NCBI GenBank assembly: GCA_945859975.1
Contig: CAMAPH010000001.1
Span: 145,070 to 209,069 of the forward strand
Direction of reading: 5' to 3'
DNA length: 64,000 nucleotides
Source: Chthonomonas calidirosea
GTDB taxonomy: Bacteria > Armatimonadota > Fimbriimonadia > Fimbriimonadales > Fimbriimonadaceae
Notes under the pieces: model-generated
Seen by the model: the letters and a program-made list of their open reading frames with translations, nothing else
The model's database searches: none
Told to the model about the DNA's origin: nothing
Part shown: positions 39,242 through 50,303 of the stretch, in pieces
Layout of the letters: every line of letters begins with the position of its first letter
How positions within the stretch are numbered: position 1 is the stretch's first letter
Position numbers and translations under genes: made by a program

Positions 39242-39861
39242 ACAGCGGACTCCTCCAGTTTGGATTGGTCGCCTTCTCATCGCTGTTCTCGATGATCAAC
39301 CCGATTTCGGCTGCACCGATTTTTGTCTCAATGACTTCTGGCGTCCAGGATTCGCGAAGGCAGATTGCGATTCGCGCTTGTCTCACCGCAGGAATCGCGC
39401 TGGTGCTGTTTGCTCTCGCGGGCAGCGCGGTCTTTGCCTTTTTCGGCATTACCGTTCCAGCGTTTCAGATCGCGGGTGGCTTGCTTTTTACCGTTTCATC
39501 CATACGAACTCTTCAGGGCATCGGCCGGGATGAGGAGGAAGCTACGGGCGACGATCCGGGAATCGTTCCGCTGGGAGTGCCCGTGCTTGCGGGTGCAGGA
39601 GCGTTGAGTACGGTGATGCTGCTCGCGGCGCAAGCGAAGTCCAGCATGCACAGCGCCGTGCTCGGAGTAGTCATCGTTGCTAACGTACTGATTGCGATGG
39701 CTACCTTGATCCTCGCCCCACTCTTGGTCACAAGAATGGGACGAGTCGGAGCCGACGCGCTGAACCGGGTGATGGGACTGCTGACCGCCGTAATCGGCGT
39801 TCAGTTCATCATCAACGGCAGCACGTCCGTTGTGAAAGATATCATCGCTCAGGTCCGGTAA
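39238..39861 (+). CDS. MarC family integral membrane protein
   Basis: Motifs SMINPISAAPIF, AFQIAGGLL, VPLGVPVLAG and RVMGLL. Confidence 0.9.
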   Translation: MNSGLLQFGLVAFSSLFSMINPISAAPIFVSMTSGVQDSRRQIAIRACLTAGIALVLFALAGSAVFAFFGITVPAFQIAGGLLFTVSSIRTLQGIGRDEEEATGDDPGIVPLGVPVLAGAGALSTVMLLAAQAKSSMHSAVLGVVIVANVLIAMATLILAPLLVTRMGRVGADALNRVMGLLTAVIGVQFIINGSTSVVKDIIAQVR

Positions 39862-39863
39862 GG

Positions 39864-40763
39864 CTACTTGCCGCCGGTCATGGCGATTCCCTTCACGAAG
39901 TACTTCTGACCAATGAGGAACAGGATGATGATCGGGATCATAACCAAAACCGAACCCGCCATGATCAGGTGCCACTGAGCGGCTTGAAGCGCGTTGTACG
40001 TGCTCAAGCCAAGCTCATTGGTCTGAAGCTCAGGGTCGTTCAAGTACAGTAGCGGACCCATAAAGTCCTTCCAGTTGTACATAAAGGCAAAGATGCCAAC
40101 CGTGGCCAGCGCGGGACCGCTGAGCGGCATGATGATGCGGCTGAAGATCGTGAAGTACGAAGCGCCGTCCAAGAATGCTGCTTCGTCTAGCTCGCGCGGA
40201 ATGCCGAGATAGAACTGTCGGAGCAAGAAGATGTTGAACGCGCCGCCGCCAAACCAAGCCGGGACAGTCAGTGGCAGGAACGAGTTCACCCAGCCGATTC
40301 GCGCATACAGCACGTAGGTCGGGATCATCGTGACGATGCCAGGCAACATCATCGTTGCTAGAAGCAGCATGAACAAGCGGTCCTTACCAGCAAAGTTCAG
40401 TCGGGCAAAAGCATAAGCGACAACGCTCGAACTGAAAATGACGCCCGCGGTGGTCACCGTCGCGATGAAAGCCGTGTTTCGGAAGAAGTTCCAGAAGCTA
40501 ACGTTCGTGTTCTCAAGAACCGTCTTGAAGTTTTGGAAGGTGGGTGCTTTGGGCCAAGACCAAATGTCGGTCGCCGCAACTTCTGCCGGAGACTTAAGCG
40601 CAATCGCCATCATCACGTAAAACGGGATGAGGAACAGCGCCGCGCCAACGAACAACACGATAAGGGTGGCGTAGCGAGAGAAGTAGCCGTTCCAAGCGGC
40701 CTTGCTCGCAGACTTCTGGGCGGCCTTTTGGGCAACTTCTTTTGATTGGGGCACGACGGCCAT
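39864..40763 (-). CDS. Carbohydrate ABC transporter permease
   Basis: FLLRQFYLGIPRELDEAAFLDGA; WKDFMGPLLYL. Confidence 0.92.
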   Translation of the reverse strand: MAVVPQSKEVAQKAAQKSASKAAWNGYFSRYATLIVLFVGAALFLIPFYVMMAIALKSPAEVAATDIWSWPKAPTFQNFKTVLENTNVSFWNFFRNTAFIATVTTAGVIFSSSVVAYAFARLNFAGKDRLFMLLLATMMLPGIVTMIPTYVLYARIGWVNSFLPLTVPAWFGGGAFNIFLLRQFYLGIPRELDEAAFLDGASYFTIFSRIIMPLSGPALATVGIFAFMYNWKDFMGPLLYLNDPELQTNELGLSTYNALQAAQWHLIMAGSVLVMIPIIILFLIGQKYFVKGIAMTGGK

Positions 40764-43168
40764 TAGCGATCACTTCCTTCGTAATACACGAACTTGTTGC
40801 CTTGCAGCTGAAGCACAGTAAAGATAAGCACGACCACAAACAGGACCCATGCTAGGCTCGACGCGTAACCCATGCGTAGGGTTCGGAACGCGTTGTTATA
40901 GGTGAGCAGCATGAAGAACATCGTGGCGTTGTTCGGACCACCCTGCGTCATCTGGAAGGCCTGAGTAAAGACCTGGAAGCTTCCGATGAATCCCGTGATC
41001 AATGAGAAGAACAGGGCCGGAGAGATAAGCGGTACGGTGACCGCGCGGAACTTCTTGGCCGCGCTAGCTCCATCGAGAGTAGCCGCCTCATAGTAGTACT
41101 GCGGAACGCCTTGAAGCGCGGCCAGCAGAATAACCATGCCGCCTCCCGCGCCAAAGATGCTCATCAAGATGAGCGACGGCAGTGCAATCTGCTCGTTCTG
41201 CAGCCAGTTGATTTGACCGTTGGAGCCCGCCAGCGGCTGGAGGAGCTGCCGTAGCCCAGGGATTCCGCCCTCGCCGTTAGGCCCGAAGATCATCGCATTG
41301 AGCAAACCACCTTCCGGCTGGAACAACTTGATCCAAATCAGCGATGTGGCGATCGGAGATGCCATCGCGGGAATGTAGTAGCAGGTTCTCCAGAGCGCGA
41401 TGCCTTTGACCTTGGTGTTGAGCAGCATCGCCAGGCCAAGTGACATCCCGATTCCGAGCGGAACCGAAACCAAGGTGTAGATCAGCGTTACACTCAGCGA
41501 CTTCCAGAACGTTGGGTCAATCGTGAACGCCTCGGTGTAGTTGCCGAATCCTCTCCATCGCGCGGTCGTGATGATGTCCCAATCGCTAAAGCTCATCAGG
41601 AGCGAGAGAATCATCGGTCCCGCGGTGAAGATGACGATTCCGACCAACCAGGGCATGATGAACAGGTAGGCCGTGCGGTTTTCCCGTTGCTCTTTCGAGG
41701 TTCTCTTGATCTTGCGCTCGGGCCAATAGATCCAGGCCACGATTCCAAGTGCGATAAGTATGCCGATGGTTCCCGCCGCCACCCAGTTAAAGGTTGGCAA
41801 GTCCATCTCACGGCGAAGCGTGTCAAGGCGATCCTGGGTAACCGGCTGGCTTGTAGAGAAAGCCTTCTTCGCGGTCGAGTCGCCGGTGTAGATGAGGCCG
41901 ACGGGCTGCCGGACCATCAGGTTCAAATCAGGATAGAGGATTCCGGTCGGAGGGAAAACAACGAACGGTTCGGCTTGGTCCGTGATGATCCGGTTCTTCG
42001 GAATCTGCTGATCCTCCGGCGTGTTTGGCCCGGGGATCCATGGTTCTTGAAGCGCGAGCTCTCGTATTGCGGGCTGAGCAATGCCGGCTTTCGCCATCGC
42101 CATCATGCCCGGTGCGCCGGCCATCCACTGGGTAAGCAACCAGGCTTCCTTCGGGTGCCGGGTCTTTTTCATGATGCTGTACCCGCTTCCGCCGGTCGGA
42201 TAAGCGCGCTCACCGTTGGCGTATTTGGGAGCGAGGGCAATGTCCCAGTTGAACCCGCCTTTATCTGGCTTTGCAATTTCCACGCGAAGCTGCGGGGTTT
42301 CCCAGATTCCGCTTTGGAACATTGCAACTTTCTGTTGCGTGAACAGCTGCTTGGTAGAAGTTCCCGCCTGATCGAACGAGCTAGGGATCAGCTTTTCCTT
42401 CAGGGTCAAGTCCGAGTAGAACTGGAAGCTGTCGATCACCCGCGGGTCATCGTAGTTGAACTTAGTCGGATCTTCGGCGTCGTTAACGTATCTCGCGCCT
42501 TGACCAAAGACCACCATGTCCACGAACAGCTCGGGCCATCCTGGAACGTAGCCCCACTGGGTGACCTTGCCTCGGGCATCCTTCTTTTGGAACTTCTTGA
42601 GCAGGGTGAGGAAGTCTTTGTCGCCTAGCTCTGGATGCGGCTTGAAATCCCAGGTCCAGTTTCCGTCTGGGTAAGGAATTCCCGCTTTGTCGAACATGTC
42701 CTTGTTGTAATAAACAACCGCCATCGGTGCGATGTCTCGCGGCAGAACAAAGAGCTCGCTCTTGTAGGAGTGCGCCTTGACGATGCTCGGGTAGTAAGAC
42801 TTGATGTCGAAGCCGGGGACGTCGTCGAAGAATTCTTCCAGCGCAAAGATTGCGCCGCGCTTCGAGAACCGCTGGAAGTTGCCCGGGTCCATCATGGCCA
42901 CATCCGGAGCGACGTCGGCCGCATACTGAGTCAGCAGCTTTTCGAAGTAGCGGTCGTAGTTAACCGGCTCAAGTTTGACCTTGATCTTCGGGTGCGCTTT
43001 CTCGAAATTCGCAATTTCCTTGCGGAGGACTTTGCTTGCTTCGTCGCCGTCCCACACCGTGAAGCGTAGGGTGATCGGTTTCTCGGACGAAGCGCTTTCC
43101 GATTGCGCGAACCCGGCCGTCAACATCGTGAGGCACAAGGTGATCGTAAATAGTATGCGGCTCAGCAT
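40763..43168 (-). CDS. Fusion of extracellular solute-binding protein and carbohydrate ABC permease
   Basis: N-terminal signal peptide and family-1 SBP (about aa 30-455), followed by a MalF-type permease with YYEAATLDGA and MTQGGPNNAT. Confidence 0.9.
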   Translation of the reverse strand: MLSRILFTITLCLTMLTAGFAQSESASSEKPITLRFTVWDGDEASKVLRKEIANFEKAHPKIKVKLEPVNYDRYFEKLLTQYAADVAPDVAMMDPGNFQRFSKRGAIFALEEFFDDVPGFDIKSYYPSIVKAHSYKSELFVLPRDIAPMAVVYYNKDMFDKAGIPYPDGNWTWDFKPHPELGDKDFLTLLKKFQKKDARGKVTQWGYVPGWPELFVDMVVFGQGARYVNDAEDPTKFNYDDPRVIDSFQFYSDLTLKEKLIPSSFDQAGTSTKQLFTQQKVAMFQSGIWETPQLRVEIAKPDKGGFNWDIALAPKYANGERAYPTGGSGYSIMKKTRHPKEAWLLTQWMAGAPGMMAMAKAGIAQPAIRELALQEPWIPGPNTPEDQQIPKNRIITDQAEPFVVFPPTGILYPDLNLMVRQPVGLIYTGDSTAKKAFSTSQPVTQDRLDTLRREMDLPTFNWVAAGTIGILIALGIVAWIYWPERKIKRTSKEQRENRTAYLFIMPWLVGIVIFTAGPMILSLLMSFSDWDIITTARWRGFGNYTEAFTIDPTFWKSLSVTLIYTLVSVPLGIGMSLGLAMLLNTKVKGIALWRTCYYIPAMASPIATSLIWIKLFQPEGGLLNAMIFGPNGEGGIPGLRQLLQPLAGSNGQINWLQNEQIALPSLILMSIFGAGGGMVILLAALQGVPQYYYEAATLDGASAAKKFRAVTVPLISPALFFSLITGFIGSFQVFTQAFQMTQGGPNNATMFFMLLTYNNAFRTLRMGYASSLAWVLFVVVLIFTVLQLQGNKFVYYEGSDR

Positions 43169-43229
43169 CGAGATATTCCGATGATAACTGATTTACCGAC
43201 CAATCAGAATATTCGGAGGAAAAAGTTGG

Positions 43230-44240
43230 TCAATGATCATGATCTTCCGGCCCGGGAGGCTGGGCGGCCATGTCCCCGGCTGGGGTTGCCATCATCATCA
43301 TCGGCGCCGCACCAAAGTCACTTGGGCTGGGCTGCGGATCGAGCGCTGCGCACGGCGTGCCAAATTTCGGCAAAGCAAACGGTAGGTGTGTGTTCCCCCG
43401 CGCCAAGATGTGAGCCTCGTTTCCGCCGCCCCAAGTAGTGAAGCTCCGGGCGTTGCAGTAGTGATTCACGAACGACCGGCGATATCGAGTTTCCGAACGG
43501 TTCTTGAGCGATCGGTGGAAAATGTGCCCGCCAAAGAACGCGACATCACCCGGTTCCATGATCGCCGGCGTTTCGACCGTGGCATACCGTTCCGCGATTG
43601 GCTTCAGGGTGTTGTTCGGGTCATTGTCGTCATTGCTATGCCCGCCGACGCCGGAGACATAGGGAACGTCTTCTAGGGCGGTATCGCCGTATCCGTGGCC
43701 ATTCTCTGGCGGGAAGACCGGCTCAGCTTGGCTGCCGGTCGACATCCTCAGACAGCCGTTCTCTTCGTCTGCCCGATCAATCGCGATCCAAGCGCCGATA
43801 AGCGTGTCTGGAAAAACGGGAATGTAGTAGCTGTCCTGGTGGAAGCCTTGTCCGTTTGATCCTGGCGCCTTCGTGAAAAGCATCGTTTGCAGGGCCATGA
43901 CGTCTGGGCCGATCAGGGCTTCCAAGGCATCGAGGAGACGAGGATAGAGCAAGTATCGCTCCCAAAGCTCTGCATGCAAGTGCCCCATGTGGACGCGCAG
44001 GAGCAACTCGGCCGGGGTCAGGGTACGGCCCTCCGGGACGTGAACGTACGGCGTCAGGTCGATACGCCCTTCGAGCAGATCGTCGCAATGCTGGGCCAAT
44101 TCTTGAACGTGCTCGGGAAGAACTAGCCCCCTGATGATCAGGAATCCTTCCCGACGAAACCGGATGTACTCCTCCACGCTCAAGCGATACGGGGCAACTT
44201 CGGTCCAAGGGTGCACAGCGGCGTCAACCATGGAAGTCAT
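43230..44240 (-). CDS. Phytanoyl-CoA dioxygenase (PhyH) family Fe(II)/2-oxoglutarate enzyme
   Basis: HxD motif GFHQDSYY; WIAIDRADEENGCL; distal His and Arg in IFHRSLKNRSETRYRR. Confidence 0.9.
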   Translation of the reverse strand: MTSMVDAAVHPWTEVAPYRLSVEEYIRFRREGFLIIRGLVLPEHVQELAQHCDDLLEGRIDLTPYVHVPEGRTLTPAELLLRVHMGHLHAELWERYLLYPRLLDALEALIGPDVMALQTMLFTKAPGSNGQGFHQDSYYIPVFPDTLIGAWIAIDRADEENGCLRMSTGSQAEPVFPPENGHGYGDTALEDVPYVSGVGGHSNDDNDPNNTLKPIAERYATVETPAIMEPGDVAFFGGHIFHRSLKNRSETRYRRSFVNHYCNARSFTTWGGGNEAHILARGNTHLPFALPKFGTPCAALDPQPSPSDFGAAPMMMMATPAGDMAAQPPGPEDHDH

Positions 44241-44256
44241 TATTCCAAACTAAAAC

Positions 44257-44278
44257 AGTTTTGATAATCGTCAAAACT
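44257..44278. promoter_or_regulatory. Candidate operator between the divergent phyH and araC-type genes
   Basis: Perfect 8-bp inverted repeat AGTTTTGA-TAATCG-TCAAAACT. Confidence 0.5.
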
Positions 44279-44303
44279 TGCCGTTTACTGGTAAAAAGCG
44301 AGC

Positions 44304-45089
44304 ATGATGCCTCTCGCCGCACTACCGGCCGACACGATGCCGAAGGTCGTCATGTCCTGGCGGAGTACGCATCACCTTCCGAAGCGCCAAGAGTTTCGCG
44401 TTGAGGGGGCATGGGGAATGCACCTGTACACCTACGCAGCGACGGTTTTGATGGACGGAGTGCGCATGGAAATCCAGCCCGGCTTCGCCGGATTCACGCC
44501 GCCCGGCGTGACGATGCAGTATCGGTTTCGAGGGGAATCCACCCACCTTTTTGCTCATCTGATGTGGCCGGACGACGCCCTGCCCACAGTGAAGGTCCCG
44601 TTCGTTTTTCCGGTTGGCCCTACTTTTCCAGAGATTTGGCGACAGCTTGAGGCATGCGTCTCGTGGCGTGAGTCGCAGCCACTTCGAGCGGACATTCGAG
44701 CCTGGGACGTGCTCCGATCGCTAGTTGCCGTATCACAACCGGATCTCGGCACAAGCTATCCGGTTGTGTTGACCCAGGCCATCTCGCTGATTGATTCACG
44801 CCTGGCCGAACCGCTTAGCCCAGCCGAAATCGCTCAGGGCCTTGGGATCAGCCGCGCACACCTCGCGCGGCTCTTTAGAACTCACCTTGGCCGGACCGTT
44901 ATTCAAACGGTCCGAGAAAAGCGGCTTGAGCGAGCGCGATACTTGCTGGAAACCTCCGACATCCCGGTGAAACAAGTTGCCACAAGCATTGGGATGCCCG
45001 ACCTGCAAGTGTTCAACAAGGCCGTGCGCTTGGCATTCGGCAACTCTCCGCGAGAACTACGACAACCAAATATCCGCTTTCAGGTCTAG
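44304..45089 (+). CDS. AraC family transcriptional regulator
   Basis: C-terminal double HTH: GISRAHLARLFR, ARYLLETSDIPVKQVA and FGNSPRELR. Confidence 0.9.
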   Translation: MMPLAALPADTMPKVVMSWRSTHHLPKRQEFRVEGAWGMHLYTYAATVLMDGVRMEIQPGFAGFTPPGVTMQYRFRGESTHLFAHLMWPDDALPTVKVPFVFPVGPTFPEIWRQLEACVSWRESQPLRADIRAWDVLRSLVAVSQPDLGTSYPVVLTQAISLIDSRLAEPLSPAEIAQGLGISRAHLARLFRTHLGRTVIQTVREKRLERARYLLETSDIPVKQVATSIGMPDLQVFNKAVRLAFGNSPRELRQPNIRFQV

Positions 45090-45972
45090 ATAATCCAGCG
45101 TTTCCTGAGACAATCGCTGGTACGACACGCTGAGTAGTTCGACAATTCGCTCCGGGTCAAGCGTCCCGATGATCGGCTCCACCGGAGGAATCGGCTGGCT
45201 CAGCATGAACATCAACGCGACTTGGTTCCGCGTGAAACCAGTCTTCTCCGAAACCAGATTCACTCGCTCCAACCGCTGGCGGTTTTCGGGCGAATCAAAG
45301 CGAGAACCGCTTGCACCGTTACTGCCATAAAAACCGTTTGCGGTCGATGAATACGGCATCAGCACATAGCCACATTCTTCAGCAACGACCAAATCTTCCG
45401 GCAAATGGTATCGCGTGGTGCCTTCATGTTCTGTGGGCTCCCAGGTAGGCCGACCAAGGCTCCACTGGTTTTGCCAGTACTTCATCTTAGGCAACGCTTT
45501 TGCCATCGCTTTGGCCCGCGGGGCGGTCCAATTGCTGATTCCGGCATGGTCGATCAAGCGCTCCGCCAAGAGTGAGCTCATAAATCCGGCCAGATTCTCG
45601 ATCGATTCACCCCGGTGATCTCGGTGGTAGAAGTACACCTCGACACGGTCCACCCGCATTCGCTCCAAAGACTGTTCGAAGTCTCGGCGAACCAGCGCCG
45701 GGTCTAAATATCGCTCCGGGCGCGGATAGTGCCCGAAGCCGACGTGGCCGCCTTTTGTGGCGATGATGATCTCCTTCCGAACATCCCGCTCCGCGATCCA
45801 TTCTCCAAAGAGGCGCTCGCTGACGCCTTCCCCATTCTCCAGCCAGGCCGCATAGCAATGTGCAGTGTCGAACTGACGGCCTCCGGCATCGAAGTACGCA
45901 TCCATGGCGAGGAAGCTCTCCCGACGATCTCGGCGGGTGCCAATGTCGGCCAGGCCAAACCAGATAGGAATG

Positions 45973-45983
<11 letters not shown>
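45057..45983 (-). CDS. Aldo/keto reductase
   Basis: Motifs FDTAHCY, IATKGG, YFYHRD and GISNW. Probable TTG start at 45983 overlaps the MFS stop. Confidence 0.85.
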
Positions 45984-47481
<1,498 letters not shown>

Positions 47482-47519
47482 CCGCCAGTTTTATCCGTTT
47501 TACGACTTTCTCGCAAGCC

Positions 47520-48560
47520 TTACTTGAGGGAAAGGTACTTTTCCGGCACGTCGGTGAAGCCCCAATCCTTGAGTTGGCGAGCCCATTCGCCCAGATTCTC
47601 CTTCGTTACCTTCGTCAGTTCGGGGTTCACATTCCCTTCCACTGGCTTCTTTTCGATGACTTTATCCACGATGGCCTGAACGCCAAGGGCGCCGAGATCG
47701 TAGCTGCGCTGAGCGATGAGCGTTGGAACGACGCCGGAATCGACGTAGGCAAGCTGTGGCGGCAGAGCATCTGCACTTACGACCCGAATCCGCTTTGGAT
47801 CGAGTTCAGTGAGAAGCGTAGTGGTGAACAGCGGCCAGCCGCCGATGAACGCCCAGGCGTCGATTTCTGGCTGTGCCTTCATCACTCGCATCACTTCTTG
47901 AGCAGCGTCCTGCGGCTTTTCTGGGTTGTAGAAAACGCCGACGATTTTCAGGCCGGGCGCCTTCTTGATTGCATCTTCGGTGCCTCGACGGCGGATGGCG
48001 AGGTTCGGCGCGTTTTGGTTTCCACAAAGCAGCGCAACATTCCCTTTTCCACCGGTCAACTTGACCAACTCTTCTCCGACCTTGAAGCCGAGTTCGTAGT
48101 TGTCGGATCCCACGAAGCTGAATCGCTTGCTGTCCGGCACGTCGCTGTCGAAAGTACAGACTTCAACGCCCTTTGCGACCGCGTCATCAATGGCGCCCTT
48201 AAGCTTGCCGGAGTCACTGCAGGAGAGCAGAATCGCGTTCGTGCCGTCGTTGACCGCAGACTGGACGCGCTGAGCTTGGATTTGCCCATCTTCTTCCGGC
48301 GGGGTTTGCCAGTCGATGGTGATCTCGCGGCCGAGCTTTTCGCTCAGTTCTTTTGCTCGCTCTTCGGCCCCAACGCGGGTGCTCAGGAAGAACGGGTTCA
48401 TGCTGCTCTTCGCGATCATCGTGATGCGAAACGGTGCGCCAGCCGGCGCTTTGGCGGTGGTTTCGGTCTTGGTCTCTTCCTTTGGCGCTTCGCTAGGGGA
48501 GCAGCCAAAAGCTAGGGCGGAGACGGCGACGGCCGATACGAGTAGTTTCCAATTCATCAC
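47520..48560 (-). CDS. Sugar-binding lipoprotein, periplasmic binding protein type 1 (RbsB-like)
   Basis: Lipobox AFGC; motifs KSSMNPFF, VCTFDSDVPDS and FVGSDNY. Confidence 0.88.
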   Translation of the reverse strand: MMNWKLLVSAVAVSALAFGCSPSEAPKEETKTETTAKAPAGAPFRITMIAKSSMNPFFLSTRVGAEERAKELSEKLGREITIDWQTPPEEDGQIQAQRVQSAVNDGTNAILLSCSDSGKLKGAIDDAVAKGVEVCTFDSDVPDSKRFSFVGSDNYELGFKVGEELVKLTGGKGNVALLCGNQNAPNLAIRRRGTEDAIKKAPGLKIVGVFYNPEKPQDAAQEVMRVMKAQPEIDAWAFIGGWPLFTTTLLTELDPKRIRVVSADALPPQLAYVDSGVVPTLIAQRSYDLGALGVQAIVDKVIEKKPVEGNVNPELTKVTKENLGEWARQLKDWGFTDVPEKYLSLK

Positions 48561-48600
48561 TATGGATAGCTTGGGCGATATACGCTAAGGTGTCAAGCCC

Positions 48601-49419
48601 TTACCGTCCGCCAAGCCCACTGAGCTGAATTCCTCGCATGAAGTACCGCTGGGCGAAGAAGAATAGAACGATGGTTGGCAAGATGTGGATGAGCGACGCC
48701 GCCATCAGCAAGTTCGTCTCGCTACCGTACGAGTCCTGGAACATCCGCAAGCCGATGCTCACGGTGTACTTTTCCGGGCTGTTAAGGTAGATCAGCGGCC
48801 CGTTAAAGTCGTCCCAGTGGCCAATGAAGCTGAGTACGCCGACCGTAGCCAGAACCGGAGCGCTGAGCGGCAGGAGAATTTGCCACCACACGCGAAGGTA
48901 GCTTGCGCCATCGATCATCGCGGCTTCATCCAGCTCGTTCGGGATGCTGAGGAAGAACTGGCGAATGAGGAAGATGTTAAAAGCGCCTCCGCCAAAGAAT
49001 GCGGGAAGAATCAGCGGCCAGTAGGTATCTATTGCTCGGAGCTCACGCCAGATCATGAAGACCGGGATCATGGTGACCTGCCCCGGAAGCATCATCGTGG
49101 CGATAACGAGCCCGAACAGGGTGTCGCGGCCCTTAAACTTGAAGCGACTGAAACCGTACGCAACGAGGGAGCCCGTGAGCATTTGGCCGACGGTGCAGGC
49201 CAGCGTGACCACAATTGTGTTGATCACCCATTGGGTGAACGGTAACGCGGTCCAAGCCTTTTGGAAATTGCCCCACTGAATCGTTTCGGGAATCCAGCGC
49301 GGCGGAAAGGCGAAGACTTCCTGATCATCCTTGAGCGCAGTTGAGACGGTCCAGATGAATGGCACCAGCGCCACAACGGAAAGCAGGATCAGGAAAAAGA
49401 GAAGGGGTGCCTTTTTCAC
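48601..49419 (-). CDS. Carbohydrate ABC transporter permease
   Basis: IPNELDEAAMIDGA; WDDFNGPLIYL. GTG start at 49419 overlaps the upstream TGA. Confidence 0.92.
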   Translation of the reverse strand: MKKAPLLFFLILLSVVALVPFIWTVSTALKDDQEVFAFPPRWIPETIQWGNFQKAWTALPFTQWVINTIVVTLACTVGQMLTGSLVAYGFSRFKFKGRDTLFGLVIATMMLPGQVTMIPVFMIWRELRAIDTYWPLILPAFFGGGAFNIFLIRQFFLSIPNELDEAAMIDGASYLRVWWQILLPLSAPVLATVGVLSFIGHWDDFNGPLIYLNSPEKYTVSIGLRMFQDSYGSETNLLMAASLIHILPTIVLFFFAQRYFMRGIQLSGLGGR

Positions 49420-50303
49420 GATTTCGCCTCCCCTTCGTAGTGCACCCAGCGTTTTGATGCCCAGAATTGAAGCGCGGTAATGGCCATGAGAATGAGGAAC
49501 AAGATCCACGCAAGTGCGCTGGCCTTGCCGAGTTTGAAGTACTCAAAGGCGTTTCGGAAGATCGCCAGGGCATAAAAGTAGGTCGCGTTGTTGGGGCCGC
49601 CCGCCGTCATGATGTAGGCCTGGGTGAAGACCTGGAACGCTCCAATCACGCCGAGGATGAGGTTGAAGAACATCACGGGAGAGAGGAGCGGGAGGGTGAC
49701 GTTTCGGAACTGTCGCCAGGCTGAAGCGCCATCGAGTCGTGCAGCTTCGTAATACGACTCTGAGATGCCCTGAAGTCCGGCGAGGAAGATGATCATGCGC
49801 CCACCGCCGATGCCCCAGAGCGACATCACGACGAAAGCGCCGAGGGTGTACCTTTCGTCGGCTAGCCACTCCACCCCACCCCAGCCGAAAAGGCCAAGGG
49901 TGTAGTTCAGCAGGCCATTGTCGGCATTGAAAATCCAACTCCAGAGAAGTGCGGAGGCCACGGATGGCACGAGGCTTGGAAGATAAAACAGGGTGCGGAA
50001 AATGCGTTCACCCGCGACCTTTTGGTTGAGCATCAGCGCGAGGGCGAGAGAACCTGCGATCCCGAGCGGTACGGAGAAGAAGGCATAGGTGACGGTGACC
50101 TGGAGCGATTTCCAGAACAGCGGCTCATCGAACAGGATGCGCTCGTAATTCTTGGTCCCCACAAAGTGGATGGTGCTGAGGTCATACCGCGTGAAGCTGA
50201 GGACCAAGCTGGCGATCATCGGGCCAGCGGTGAAGAAGATGAAACCGAGGAGCCAGGGAAGGATGAAGATGAAGCCCCATCGGCCCGGTTGGTGCTTCTT
50301 CAT
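49416..50303 (-). CDS. Carbohydrate ABC transporter permease
   Basis: YYEAARLDGA; MTAGGPNNAT. Confidence 0.92.
   Translation of the reverse strand: MKKHQPGRWGFIFILPWLLGFIFFTAGPMIASLVLSFTRYDLSTIHFVGTKNYERILFDEPLFWKSLQVTVTYAFFSVPLGIAGSLALALMLNQKVAGERIFRTLFYLPSLVPSVASALLWSWIFNADNGLLNYTLGLFGWGGVEWLADERYTLGAFVVMSLWGIGGGRMIIFLAGLQGISESYYEAARLDGASAWRQFRNVTLPLLSPVMFFNLILGVIGAFQVFTQAYIMTAGGPNNATYFYALAIFRNAFEYFKLGKASALAWILFLILMAITALQFWASKRWVHYEGEAKS

Noticed and set aside
45057..45089. 33-bp convergent overlap of the araC-type and aldo/keto reductase genes
   Set aside because: Short 3' overlaps are common in compact genomes, and there is no sign of added function.
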